A stretch of DNA of 46,275 nt from Candidatus Sigynarchaeum calidifontis (GCA_030587475.2 JAUQYZ020000146.1:1-46275), one strand, 5' to 3'. Shown: positions 10,338 to 19,414, counted from the first letter of the stretch. Made by a program: numbers and translations. The notes: generated by a model from the letters alone, not told the origin.

Positions 10338-10520
10338 AAATCGGGCTAAATCGGGTTGAACGCGTCCGTTACAACCCTGGAAGTAGTTACATGAAATAAG
10401 CGTGCAAAAATATATTAATTTTTGCCGGCGATCTTGGGGGAGGTTCACCCGTGCAAGAATCGGGCCATTACTTTCGCCCCGATCTCGTGCCGGGTTGGCA
10501 TGGCCCGATTTTTGTTTTTT
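10338..10520. promoter_or_regulatory. Repeat/hairpin-rich upstream region of the giant gene (ATCGGG motifs, inverted repeat, AT-rich TATA-like tract)
   Basis: AAATCGGG at 10338 and 10348. Perfect inverted repeat AATCGGGCCAT (10458-10468) / ATGGCCCGATT (10500-10510). AAAATATATTAATTTT at about 10407-10422. Confidence 0.45.
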
Positions 10521-10602
10521 GTCAGCAAGGCTTGTCGCTTTTACATGTTGGATAGTGACCTGGAAAGGGTATTTACACGTGCAATGAACGTGGACAAATT
10601 CC

Positions 10603-11301
10603 CTATCCAGAGAAACCGGGAGCGATTTGCAAGATACCGCCCCACACCTCGCTGTTAACCATGAACCGGCTACCATTTGTCGCGGGATCGGAAGAAGCAT
10701 ATATGATGTTCAACTTGAGCAGCTTGTCAATGTGATACTGGACTGTCGATGGGTTCATGGCGAGCCGCTGTGAGATTTCTGCGATCGACGTGTTTGGCGT
10801 TGAGAACACGTCGTATAGGATCCGGTACGTCGTGTCCTGGCGTATCGTGCACAAGATCTCGTCGTAGGCTGATTCGGCGAGGTTTGCAGGGTAATAGGCT
10901 AAGAATTTTCCGAATCGCTTGCTTCGTAAAAAGCCGAACTTTTCGAGCATCTTGAGATGCCAAGCACTTTCCGCGTTGTCGATGTTCATTGCCCGCCTGA
11001 TGTCGCGAACGTGGCATCCGGGGTTTTTCGTGATGTAGTCGACGATCTGGGAGCGCAGCGGGTTTGCCAGGATGTCCTGGTAAGTCAACTTGCTGCCCTC
11101 TACCAGTATTTTTTTCTTGATCAAGCTGTATATCGCGGCGTTGATTTGTGGAGGGGGCACCCCCAGGCGGCTCGTCGCGAGCGCGAAAAGTTCCCCGATC
11201 TTGAGCGGCCGGTTCGTCTGGTTGATTAAATCCACCGCTAGCTTGAACACCGATTCCTCGATGCCCGAAGCGATATCCGGGGTTCCAGCGGGGGATTCCA
11301 T
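10603..11301 (-). CDS. Multi-winged-helix transcriptional regulator (COG3398-like)
   Basis: ORF 10603-11370, likely ATG at 11301 (MESPAG). HTH motifs RSQIVDYITKNPGCHVRDIRRAM..WHLKMLEKFGFL and SIAEISQRLAMNPSTVQYHIDKL, plus an N-terminal wHTH-like unit. Confidence 0.85.
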   Translation of the reverse strand: MESPAGTPDIASGIEESVFKLAVDLINQTNRPLKIGELFALATSRLGVPPPQINAAIYSLIKKKILVEGSKLTYQDILANPLRSQIVDYITKNPGCHVRDIRRAMNIDNAESAWHLKMLEKFGFLRSKRFGKFLAYYPANLAESAYDEILCTIRQDTTYRILYDVFSTPNTSIAEISQRLAMNPSTVQYHIDKLLKLNIIYASSDPATNGSRFMVNSEVWGGILQIAPGFSG

Positions 11302-11419
11302 GCTGCCAAGACACCAGGCGATAGACGTTTGTTCCTTGCCAGTTCTATACTTCGTTACAACGGGATGCAATTAAAGGTTTAAACCACGATCACGTATGTT
11401 TTCCTAACCGACTAATCCC

Positions 11420-11428
11420 TATATATAA
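11420..11428 (+). promoter_or_regulatory. Putative TATA box for a leaderless uvrC transcript
   Basis: TATATATAA begins 26 nt upstream of the uvrC ATG, roughly the spacing expected for an archaeal leaderless mRNA. Confidence 0.45.
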
Positions 11429-11445
11429 TTGACCCGAACACCCCC

Positions 11446-13314
11446 ATGCCCCCGTTCACCTTTAATGCCGCGGTCTTCGCGGACTCGCCCGGCGTGTACT
11501 TGATGAAAGACGACCGGGGCCAGGTGATCTACGTCGGGAAGGCAAAATCGCTGAGGAAGAGGCTCGCCTCGTATTTCCAGGACTTGTCGGAACGTGGCGA
11601 CACCAACGCCGGCAAGATCCGGGCGCTCGTCGGATCCATTCGGGACATCGACACGATCTCGACGAATACCGAGCGGGAAGCCTTGCTCCTCGAAAACGAG
11701 CTCATCAAGCTTCACCAGCCCGTCTACAACTCGAGGCTCAAGGACGACAAGTCCTTCCCCTACATCATGATCACGTGCGAGGAAACGTATCCTCGCATCC
11801 AGGTCATCCGCGGCGTGCATTTCTACTCCCCGAAAAACTTGTTCTTCGGCCCGTACACCGACAAGGGATCCGTCATCAAGATCCTCCGCGTTTTGCGCAA
11901 GATTTTCCCTTATTGCTCTTGTTCGAGCGAGATCCCGCGAAAAAAGCGCAAGCCGTGCCTCTACCACCACATGAAGCTGTGCCCGGCACCTTGCGCCAGC
12001 CAGGGCGACGACGAGGCTCGCCGCGCTTACATTGCCAACATCAAGGACGTGATCTTGTTCTTGCGCGGGAATTACGCGGAGCTGCTTCGCCGCTTGAAGC
12101 GAGAGATGGATGCCTTGTCAAAAGCCATGGACTTCGAGCGCGCCGCGGCCGTGCGGGACAAGCTCGTTGCCCTGGACAAGATGTTCAAGCCACAGTCGGT
12201 GATCTCCCCGGAATACCCGGATCTCGATACCATCACCCTCGCGAAAAACGACGACGAGATCGCCATTCTTGTCATGGAAATCCGCGAGGGCCGCCTCATC
12301 GGGAAGATACCGTTCATCTACACGAATAACGCGAGCCCTGAGGAGGAGATATTGAGTAGCTTCATCGCCGGTTATTATAATCCCGACAAGGTATCATTCC
12401 CGGCTATCGTGCTCTTGAACAAGCCCGTGGACGACCTCGACCTGGCACGCGACGTGCTCGCGCGCAATTCCAACGGCAAGATCAAGGATGTCATCATCGC
12501 AAGGGGCCATGGCGAGAATGACGGCAATGAAAAGGCATACGCGAGCTTGCTCGATATCGGGCGAAAGAACGCGTTTTTCCTCCTTCACAAGCGCCAGCTC
12601 AACCGGGAACTCGCGTCGTTCGACCACCAGGACGCGTTGCAAGAACTCGCGAGGGTGCTGGACCTGGACAGGGTACCTTCCATCGTCGAGGGTTATGACA
12701 TCTCGAACATCCAGGGAAAATTCGCCACGGGCTCCAAGGTGTGCTTCAAGGATGGCAAACCATACAAGACCGAGTACCGGCGATTCAGGATCCAATCCGC
12801 CGCCACTCCTGATGATGTTCGCATGATGGCGGAGCTCATTTCCCGCCGCTTCGCCCGGGTGGTGGATGGACGGGATACAGCGCCCGATCTCGTGATCATC
12901 GACGGGGGGAAGGGGCAAATGAACGCCGCGCTGGAAGAGTTGGGCAAGTTAGGCCTCGATCACCTCTCAATTATCGGCCTCGCCAAGCGGGATGAGGAGA
13001 TCTACGTGCCGGACGAGGTGGAACCGATCGTCCTCCCGAAGGATTCGAAAGCATTGCTATTCTTGCAGAAGGTACGCGATGAGAGCCACCGGTTCGCGTT
13101 AAAATATCACCACGAGCTCGCCTCGAAACAAATCGATGTGCTCGAAGACGCGCTCAAGGAAATCGACGGCATCGGGGAACAGCGGGCCATCACCCTCCGC
13201 AATCACTTCAAGACGCTCGATGCCATGAAAGCAGCGTCGCTGGAGGAACTCGAGATCGTCGTGAAATCAAAAAAAGCAGCTTCCACGATTTACCAGCATT
13301 TCCACGGGGTATAA
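11446..13314 (+). CDS. uvrC: Excinuclease ABC subunit C
   Basis: GIY-YIG PGVYLMKD..IYVGKAKSLRKRLASYF, Cys cluster, UVR motif MDFERAAAVRD, RNase H-like EGYDISN and DLVIIDGGKGQ, RDESHRFA, C-terminal HhH IDGIGE. Confidence 0.97.
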   Translation: MPPFTFNAAVFADSPGVYLMKDDRGQVIYVGKAKSLRKRLASYFQDLSERGDTNAGKIRALVGSIRDIDTISTNTEREALLLENELIKLHQPVYNSRLKDDKSFPYIMITCEETYPRIQVIRGVHFYSPKNLFFGPYTDKGSVIKILRVLRKIFPYCSCSSEIPRKKRKPCLYHHMKLCPAPCASQGDDEARRAYIANIKDVILFLRGNYAELLRRLKREMDALSKAMDFERAAAVRDKLVALDKMFKPQSVISPEYPDLDTITLAKNDDEIAILVMEIREGRLIGKIPFIYTNNASPEEEILSSFIAGYYNPDKVSFPAIVLLNKPVDDLDLARDVLARNSNGKIKDVIIARGHGENDGNEKAYASLLDIGRKNAFFLLHKRQLNRELASFDHQDALQELARVLDLDRVPSIVEGYDISNIQGKFATGSKVCFKDGKPYKTEYRRFRIQSAATPDDVRMMAELISRRFARVVDGRDTAPDLVIIDGGKGQMNAALEELGKLGLDHLSIIGLAKRDEEIYVPDEVEPIVLPKDSKALLFLQKVRDESHRFALKYHHELASKQIDVLEDALKEIDGIGEQRAITLRNHFKTLDAMKAASLEELEIVVKSKKAASTIYQHFHGV

Positions 13315-13350
13315 AAAAGAACAGAATAACCTTTTTACTATTGACAAAAT

Positions 13351-16300
13351 TCAAAGCTCCCCGGTCTTCAGTTTCTTTATCAATTCTTCCTTCCGCTGCT
13401 TTTCTTGCTCGAGCTCGGCGGCGAACTTTTGCACTTGGGTTATTTCCCTCGCCCATTTATCGCCGAGACCCTTGAAGATGTCGAGCGCCTGGTTCGCGAA
13501 TTCAACCGCCTTGAAAATCTTCTTGTCTCGCTGGTATTTCTTGGCCTCATCGATCAAGGCGAATGCCTTGTCGATCCGGGCTTGCTCGGTGCTCGCGGTG
13601 TCCGCGACCAGCTTTCTTGCCTGCTCGGCCTTGACCGTTTCCACTTGCTGCCGGATCATTGCGGCCTCCTTGGCCCAGCCGACTGATTCGAAAATGCCGA
13701 TTGCTTTCTCGTAACACGCGAGCGCATCCTCGATCTGCCTTTCCCGCAAGCATTTTTCGGCCTCGTTGATGGCATCGTATGCCAACTTCGTCTTGGCAGC
13801 CTCTTGCTGCTTGGAAACGTTTTGTTGCTCGTCATCGATCTCTTTCTGTACCTTCTTGATCTGGGAAACCACCGCTTCTTGCTCCCGGTTCCAACCGATG
13901 GACTTGAACTTTTCGATGGCCTTCTGGTACGCCTCGATGGCCTCCACGCGCTTTCCTGCCTTGTGCAACCGGTGTCCTTCGTCGATGATCTCGTACGCCT
14001 CATCGCCGATCAATTTCTCGCGCTGGCGCGGGCTCAAGGGTGTTTCGGCAGCTTCCGTCTTCTTGTCCTTGACAACGTCGGGAGCGCTTGTCCGGGCAAT
14101 AATCGACATGATCTCTTGCTCGCGCTTTGTTGCCTCGATCTTCGCGGCGCGTGCCCGTTCCTGGTCGCGCTTTTCTTGCGCGGCGACGATAAGATCCTTG
14201 ACGTCTTGGATCTGCGAGATCCAGTTCAATTCCTCGGCGATCGCGAGTGCTTCCTTGTAGACTCCCACCGCGCCATCATAATCGCGGTTCTTCATCAACT
14301 CTTGCGACTTCGCAAGCACGTCGAGATATTTCGCCTCGAGTGCCTTGATATGCCTTTTCTGCTCGATCGCTGCTTGTTTCTCCGCTTCGGACTGCTGCCG
14401 TTCTTGTTCTTGAACGAGACCCATCGTCTCGGATAGCTGCTCCACGCCACGGGTGTACGAACCCGTCTCGTCGACGGCGCGCTCGATCTTCATGAGCATC
14501 TTCTCGCGCTGCGCGCGCTTCTCCCGAATCATCTTGATCGTGTCGAGCACGGAGGCGGCCTCGTTCGCCCAGCCGTGCGCGACCATTAACGCGTGCGCCT
14601 TCTCGTACGCTTGCTCAGCTAGCGTCAGTTCCTCTTTCTTGAAGAACTTTAGCGCTTCATCGAGCGTGCGGTCGATTTCGTCCCTCGCTGCCTTCTCGGC
14701 TTTTTTCTTCTCTTCCAATTTCGTTGCAATAACATTTTCCCGCTGGAGCCGCTTGAGTGCAGCTGCCTGGCGCCCGTCAAGCTCCGTGGTCGTCTTGCCC
14801 TCGGCTTTTGCCTTCTCGACCTGTGATTGTTCGAACGCCTCCTTCTCGATGAGGAAATCTCGCTCTTTCTTTCGGAGAATTTCGATCGATTCCTCGATCT
14901 TGACGGCCTCGCTTATCCAGCCGGCCTCCTTGAAGAGGCCAAGCGCCTTCCGATAGAGGCGGATGATTTCCGGGTACTCGTTTTCCTTGAAGAGCTGGCC
15001 GCCGAGGATCTTGGGCTTCTTTTCGAAGTCATCCAGCGCCTTGCCGGCATCCTCGAGTGCCGAGAAAGCCGCATCGCGCTTCTGCTTTTGCTCCAGCTTT
15101 TTCTGCATTATCTCGGTCGACATCGCGTCGGCCTTGACTTGCGACGGCGGGGTGATGATGGGTTCCTTCGCCGCGGCATATTTGTCCTTGGATGCAGCGA
15201 GTTTCTTCGCAAGGGCCTCGACGCCGGCGTCGCGTTCTTTCTTGATGCCTTCCGCGGTAGCATTAACCTTCTCCGCCTCCGCTGTCCAGCCAGCCTCCAG
15301 GAATTTATCGCGTGCGTCCTGGTAAAGTTGGATCGACTCGTTGTAGCGCGCCCGTTTCGCATCCACCGATACGAAATTCGGGCTGCCGGCTTCTTTCAGC
15401 GCGAGGTTCGCCTTGTCAAGCAATGCCATTGCCTCGTCGATGATCGCCGTCTCCCTTGCCTTTTTCTCTTGAAGTGCTTTTATTCGCTCGGCTTCCTTTG
15501 CCTTCGCGGGTTCGATCTCTTGCTGCCGCTGGCTGATCGTCCTTTCCGTTTCCTCCTTGGCTTGCTGCTTGAGTTCCTCCCGCTTCTTCAATTCCTTGAT
15601 CCGAGCCTCGCATTGATTGATGGAATCCTCGACGACCCCGATTTCCCTGGTTGCACCGATTCCCTTGAGTTTCTGAAGGCTTTCCCGGTAGATTTTCAAG
15701 GCATCATCGTAATTCTTCTTCTTGAAAAGATCCGATGCACGTTCCATGAGATCGAGGGCCTCGTTGTAGACTTGTTTCTCGCGCGCTTTTTTCTCCTGGA
15801 TGGTGAGCTGCTGTTGCGATATCACTGCATGTTTTTTCTCCTTTTCGCGAGCATCGTTGATCAAGTCCTTGAGTATTACCACCTTGTCGGCCCATTTCAG
15901 CTCCTCGGCGACCGGGATGAGACTATTGTAGATCTGGATGCCCTCATTGAATCTCGCATCCGTGATGAACCTCGATGCCTTCTCCATTTCTTCGAGGAAA
16001 AACTGCTCCTTTTCTTCCGCCACCTTTTTCTTGACGAAATAATCGCCCAGGCCGGGACCCGACGATGTACCTTGCAGCTCCTTCTCCCGCTGGGCGAGGT
16101 ACTTTTCCTCTTCCTCTTTTGTCTTTTGCTTGAGCTCCTCCTTCATCTTCAAAGCTTTGATCTTGGCCTCGCACTGGTTGATCGATTCCTCGACGATCCC
16201 AATCTCCCGGGTTGCATCAATTTCCTTGAGCTTCGGAAGGCATTCCTTATAGGCAGCCAAGGCGTCCTCGTAATACTTCTTGTTAAAATATTCCGATGCA

Positions 16301-16623
16301 CGACCCATGAGGTCGAGGGCCTCGTTGTAAATGAGTTTCTCGCGGGCCTTCTTCTCCTGGAGGGTGAGCTTGAGCTGGGATTCGGCGGCGACTTTTTTCT
16401 CCTTCTCGCGAGCTTGGTAGATCAGGTCCTTGATCGTTGTCACCTTGTCTGCCCATTTCATTTCTTCGGCGACCGGGATGAGGCTCGTGTATAGCTGGAT
16501 ACCTTCCTCGAAGTTTGCTTCCTTGACGAGTTTCGATGCCTTCTCCATCTGTTCGAGGAAGAATTGCTCTTTTTCTTCTGTTAATTTCTTCTTTTCGAGG
16601 TATTCACCCAATTTTTCCGACAA
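13351..16623 (-). CDS. Large all-helical protein with about 11 TPR/MIT-like three-helix modules joined by charged coiled coils
   Basis: 1090 aa, E/K/A-rich, with a recurring pattern A..L...A......(Y/F)..A...Y..A...F...GW..EA..I. Confidence 0.85.
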   Translation of the reverse strand: MSEKLGEYLEKKKLTEEKEQFFLEQMEKASKLVKEANFEEGIQLYTSLIPVAEEMKWADKVTTIKDLIYQAREKEKKVAAESQLKLTLQEKKAREKLIYNEALDLMGRASEYFNKKYYEDALAAYKECLPKLKEIDATREIGIVEESINQCEAKIKALKMKEELKQKTKEEEEKYLAQREKELQGTSSGPGLGDYFVKKKVAEEKEQFFLEEMEKASRFITDARFNEGIQIYNSLIPVAEELKWADKVVILKDLINDAREKEKKHAVISQQQLTIQEKKAREKQVYNEALDLMERASDLFKKKNYDDALKIYRESLQKLKGIGATREIGVVEDSINQCEARIKELKKREELKQQAKEETERTISQRQQEIEPAKAKEAERIKALQEKKARETAIIDEAMALLDKANLALKEAGSPNFVSVDAKRARYNESIQLYQDARDKFLEAGWTAEAEKVNATAEGIKKERDAGVEALAKKLAASKDKYAAAKEPIITPPSQVKADAMSTEIMQKKLEQKQKRDAAFSALEDAGKALDDFEKKPKILGGQLFKENEYPEIIRLYRKALGLFKEAGWISEAVKIEESIEILRKKERDFLIEKEAFEQSQVEKAKAEGKTTTELDGRQAAALKRLQRENVIATKLEEKKKAEKAARDEIDRTLDEALKFFKKEELTLAEQAYEKAHALMVAHGWANEAASVLDTIKMIREKRAQREKMLMKIERAVDETGSYTRGVEQLSETMGLVQEQERQQSEAEKQAAIEQKRHIKALEAKYLDVLAKSQELMKNRDYDGAVGVYKEALAIAEELNWISQIQDVKDLIVAAQEKRDQERARAAKIEATKREQEIMSIIARTSAPDVVKDKKTEAAETPLSPRQREKLIGDEAYEIIDEGHRLHKAGKRVEAIEAYQKAIEKFKSIGWNREQEAVVSQIKKVQKEIDDEQQNVSKQQEAAKTKLAYDAINEAEKCLRERQIEDALACYEKAIGIFESVGWAKEAAMIRQQVETVKAEQARKLVADTASTEQARIDKAFALIDEAKKYQRDKKIFKAVEFANQALDIFKGLGDKWAREITQVQKFAAELEQEKQRKEELIKKLKTGEL
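15570..16610 (-). repeat. Internal tandem duplication with a 561-nt (187-aa) period in the helical-repeat gene
   Basis: GGCGACCGGGATGA at 15907 and 16468. EEKEQFFLE.MEKAS...LIPVAEE.KWADKV...QEKKAREK...ATREIG..E.SINQCEA.IK occurs twice. Confidence 0.9.
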
Positions 16624-16795
16624 TGCATGTGACCTCGCTATTCATGACGCGGCGGATGGCCATGATATTCACGATTCCGGCGATCGTCGCGAAAAAATGC
16701 AACATGGCCGAGAACGCTTCCACGTCCGATGTTCGCGTCGCTGTTTCGTCTTGCTATCATTTTCGTCTGGGTGCTAATAATCTTTTTTTCGCACG

Positions 16796-18331
16796 ATGCA
16801 ACTCGACCTCATCATCAATCATTCGGACAAGTGGCGAGGTTTGAACGCGATCGACGTGCGGGTCAACCCGGCGCTGAAGGCGGGGGATTTCGGAGCTTTT
16901 TGGAAGAAAATGGTGGGCGTGGGGAGCGCGTTCTTGCTCCTCCGAAAGGATTTACTCGATCAAGTCGAGCAAGCGGTCAACGATATCGGTTTCGAGTATT
17001 TACGGTTCCACGGCATCTTGTCCGACGACGTTGGCCTCGTGCAGCAAGCCGACAAGGGCGCGGGGGAGATCGACGAGGATTGCTTGAATTTCACGAACGT
17101 CGACGCGATATACGACGCGCTCGCGGACATTGGCATCAAGCCCTTTGTAGAGCTATCCTTCATGCCCACCGAGCTCGCGAGCGGCACCACGCAAGTGTTC
17201 AAGTACCCATCCAACGTGACGCCGCCTGCGAGCTATCCCCTCTGGGGCTCGCTGGTACGGCATCTCGTGTCGCACTGGAAGGAAAGGTACGGCGCGGACG
17301 AGGTGCGGGACTGGTATTTCGAGGTCTGGAACGAACCGAACCTGAAAAACTTCTGGATGGGCACCATGAACGATTACTTCGCGCTCTACGACCACGCCGC
17401 GCGAGCGGTCAAGAGCGTTGATTCGCGGTTCAAGGTGGGCGGGCCCGCATCCGCGGCAGGGGGCTGGATCGCCCCGTTCCTGGAGCATTGCCAGGCCGCC
17501 GGCGCCCCCGTCGATTTCGTGAGCACGCACGTGTACCAGGTCGACGGCCCGAGGCGGGCGGCGGGCGAGTTGCCCTTTGCGGGTATGCGCCAGGTGATCG
17601 CGGGGGCAAGGGCGTCGATCGATGCCAGCGCCTTCCCCGAGCTGAAGCTACACGTGACCGAGTGGGGGTCGACGGTCAATCCATTCGATGCGGTGCACGA
17701 TTCATCGAACCAGGCTGCTTTCATCTGCAAGACCATCACGACCATGAACGGGCTCGTCGACTCGTTCTCGTACTGGACCGTCTCCGACATTTTCGAGGAG
17801 CTGGGCCTGCCTGACCGGGCGTTCCACGGGGGTTTCGGCATGAACACGCTGCACGGCGTGCACAAGCCCGCGTACAATGCCTTCAAGCTGGTAAACAGGC
17901 TCGGGCGGGAGATCTGCGAGGTGCAGCCCGCTCAACCTGGCTTGCCCAAGGGGGCGGAAGTATTCGCCACGAGAACGGCCTCGGAGGTGCGGGCATTGGC
18001 GTGGTACTACGTGCTGCAAGGCACGGCACCAGCACCGGAGCCGCTGAAAGTATCGTTAAGAGTGATGAAAGAGGCCCCCCTCGACGCGAGCGAGCTTGAT
18101 TTCTCGGTTCTCGAGCTGGGCAAACAAAAAGGCAATGCTTTCGAGGCGTGGAAGGCCATGGGATCGCCCCGGAACCCCTCGCCAGATCAAATCGACGATC
18201 TCAAGGATTCGGCCGAGCTCGGCGACGATGACGTCATGACCGGGGAAGCAAGCCAGGACGAGAAGCAGATGACGGTAAACATCACGCTGGAGCCAGAATC
18301 AGTGAAATTGATACGGATATTCAAGGCGTGA
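16796..18331 (+). CDS. GH39 family beta-xylosidase (XynB-like)
   Basis: LRFHGILSDD, KPFVELSFMP, acid/base FEVWNEPNL, DFVSTHVY, nucleophile HVTEW, SYWTVSDIFEE..FHGGFG. Confidence 0.92.
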   Translation: MQLDLIINHSDKWRGLNAIDVRVNPALKAGDFGAFWKKMVGVGSAFLLLRKDLLDQVEQAVNDIGFEYLRFHGILSDDVGLVQQADKGAGEIDEDCLNFTNVDAIYDALADIGIKPFVELSFMPTELASGTTQVFKYPSNVTPPASYPLWGSLVRHLVSHWKERYGADEVRDWYFEVWNEPNLKNFWMGTMNDYFALYDHAARAVKSVDSRFKVGGPASAAGGWIAPFLEHCQAAGAPVDFVSTHVYQVDGPRRAAGELPFAGMRQVIAGARASIDASAFPELKLHVTEWGSTVNPFDAVHDSSNQAAFICKTITTMNGLVDSFSYWTVSDIFEELGLPDRAFHGGFGMNTLHGVHKPAYNAFKLVNRLGREICEVQPAQPGLPKGAEVFATRTASEVRALAWYYVLQGTAPAPEPLKVSLRVMKEAPLDASELDFSVLELGKQKGNAFEAWKAMGSPRNPSPDQIDDLKDSAELGDDDVMTGEASQDEKQMTVNITLEPESVKLIRIFKA

Positions 18332-18338
18332 TAAGTAG

Positions 18339-18668
18339 TCAGTTGCTGGAGGAGTCGATCGATTTCAATATCCGCTCGGCCACCTTCCCCGTGTATTCGT
18401 CGTTCGCGCGCGTGAGCGGGGCATCATCGAGCATCTTGGAGAGGTGCTCGATCACCTCGACGTGATGCAGCCCGGTCAACGCCACGATTTTTTTCAAGGA
18501 AATCTTGCCGTCCTTGTACATTTGAGCCAAGACCGGAAAAAGAACCTAGTTTTTCCCCGCGTCGAGCAGATCCCTGGCGATGACCGATTTGGATACCTTC
18601 CGTTCCTCCGCGAGAAACGTGATGATGGCGTCCAGCGACTCGTCGATTCGAATGTTGATTTGAACCAT
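18339..18668 (-). pseudogene. RHH/UPF0175-like antitoxin interrupted by an in-frame TAG (18546-18548)
   Basis: One frame reads MVQINIRIDESLDAIITFLAEERKVSKSVIARDLLDAGKN*VLFPVLAQMYKDGKISLKKIVALTGL. The N-terminus is ribbon-helix-helix-like and the C-terminal YKDGKISL motif is UPF0175-like. Confidence 0.65.
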
Positions 18669-18837
18669 GATGATCAACTTGATACATGTTGTAACAATCG
18701 ATGGTGCCAGGGATATCATCAACAAACTCGGGGGTACCCTTGATATCGAGAAAGAAGCAGTAATCATGGCTAGACTCCACGATGAAGAAACCGCGGAGGT
18801 GTCTAATCGATGGCAAGCCTTAAAAACCAAGAGATGA
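18667..18837 (+). CDS. Short putative VapB-type antitoxin or antitoxin remnant (56 aa)
   Basis: MMINLIHVVTIDGARDIINKLGGTLDIEKEAVIMARLHDEETAEVSNRWQALKTKR*. Its stop overlaps the PIN gene start (ATGA at 18834-18837). Confidence 0.45.
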   Translation: MMINLIHVVTIDGARDIINKLGGTLDIEKEAVIMARLHDEETAEVSNRWQALKTKR

Positions 18838-19211
18838 CACCATATCTCCTCGATACAAACGCTATAATCAACTAGCTTCGCAAGACCGGCAAAAAGGAGA
18901 TCAATCACGAGTTTTTGACAACCATTGTCACTGCAATCGAGTTCCCCGTGGTCATTACCTTTCCTAAGGCCTCGCTTATCATGCCCTCGCACGACATGTA
19001 CGCGAAAAGTATCGAATACGCGGCCAAGTTACGAGAAAAAGGATCACCCATCCCCGCGATCGACGTCATCATCGCAACCATCGCGGTAAAAAAGGATGCC
19101 ATCCGGGTTTCCGACGACGACCATTATGCATCGTTCCATACGATCGAACCGGGTCTAAAGAGAATCGGCCTGGAAGCCTTCCTTTCCAGAAATATCAATC
19201 CGGAAGAATAA
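18834..19211 (+). pseudogene. vapC: VapC-like PIN-domain toxin with an in-frame TAG at codon 14 (18873-18875)
   Basis: MTPYLLDTNAIIN*LRK...TTIVTAIEF...KLREKGSPIPAIDVIIATIA...VSDDDHY. All PIN motifs lie in one frame across the TAG. Confidence 0.8.
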
Positions 19212-19340
19212 GATAATGGCGCTTCGGCATGTCCATGCCGGATCGAAGGAACGATCGTGGCTTTTCGTTCAACCCGTCGACGACCTCAAGTTTAAAAGGT
19301 TGCATTGCACACATGCCGTTGTTCGATCGTTTGCATAGGT

Positions 19341-19348
19341 TTTATAAG
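19341..19348 (+). promoter_or_regulatory. Putative TATA box of the Zn-ribbon/SPFH operon
   Basis: TTTATAAG about 70 nt upstream of ATG 19415. Confidence 0.35.
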
Positions 19349-19414
19349 AATACTGTCGAACAATGGAAGTGGAGTTGTTCTCAACAGTTTTAAACATACC
19401 CAGCGTGAATCAAA

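Noticed and set aside
14827-16494. 555-aa Leu/Phe-rich plus-strand ORF that looks like a membrane protein
   Set aside because: Antisense mirror of the Glu/Lys-rich helical gene (GAA/AAG codons read as TTC/CTT).
18339-19211. Genome-wide TAG reassignment
   Set aside because: Several apparently full-length genes in the window end at TAG, and no long conserved gene (uvrC, iorA, kinase) has an internal TAG.
19225-19240. Palindrome CGGCATG-TC-CATGCCG downstream of the PIN gene
   Set aside because: A single short GC-rich palindrome with no convincing second copy, so it is not distinguishable from chance.
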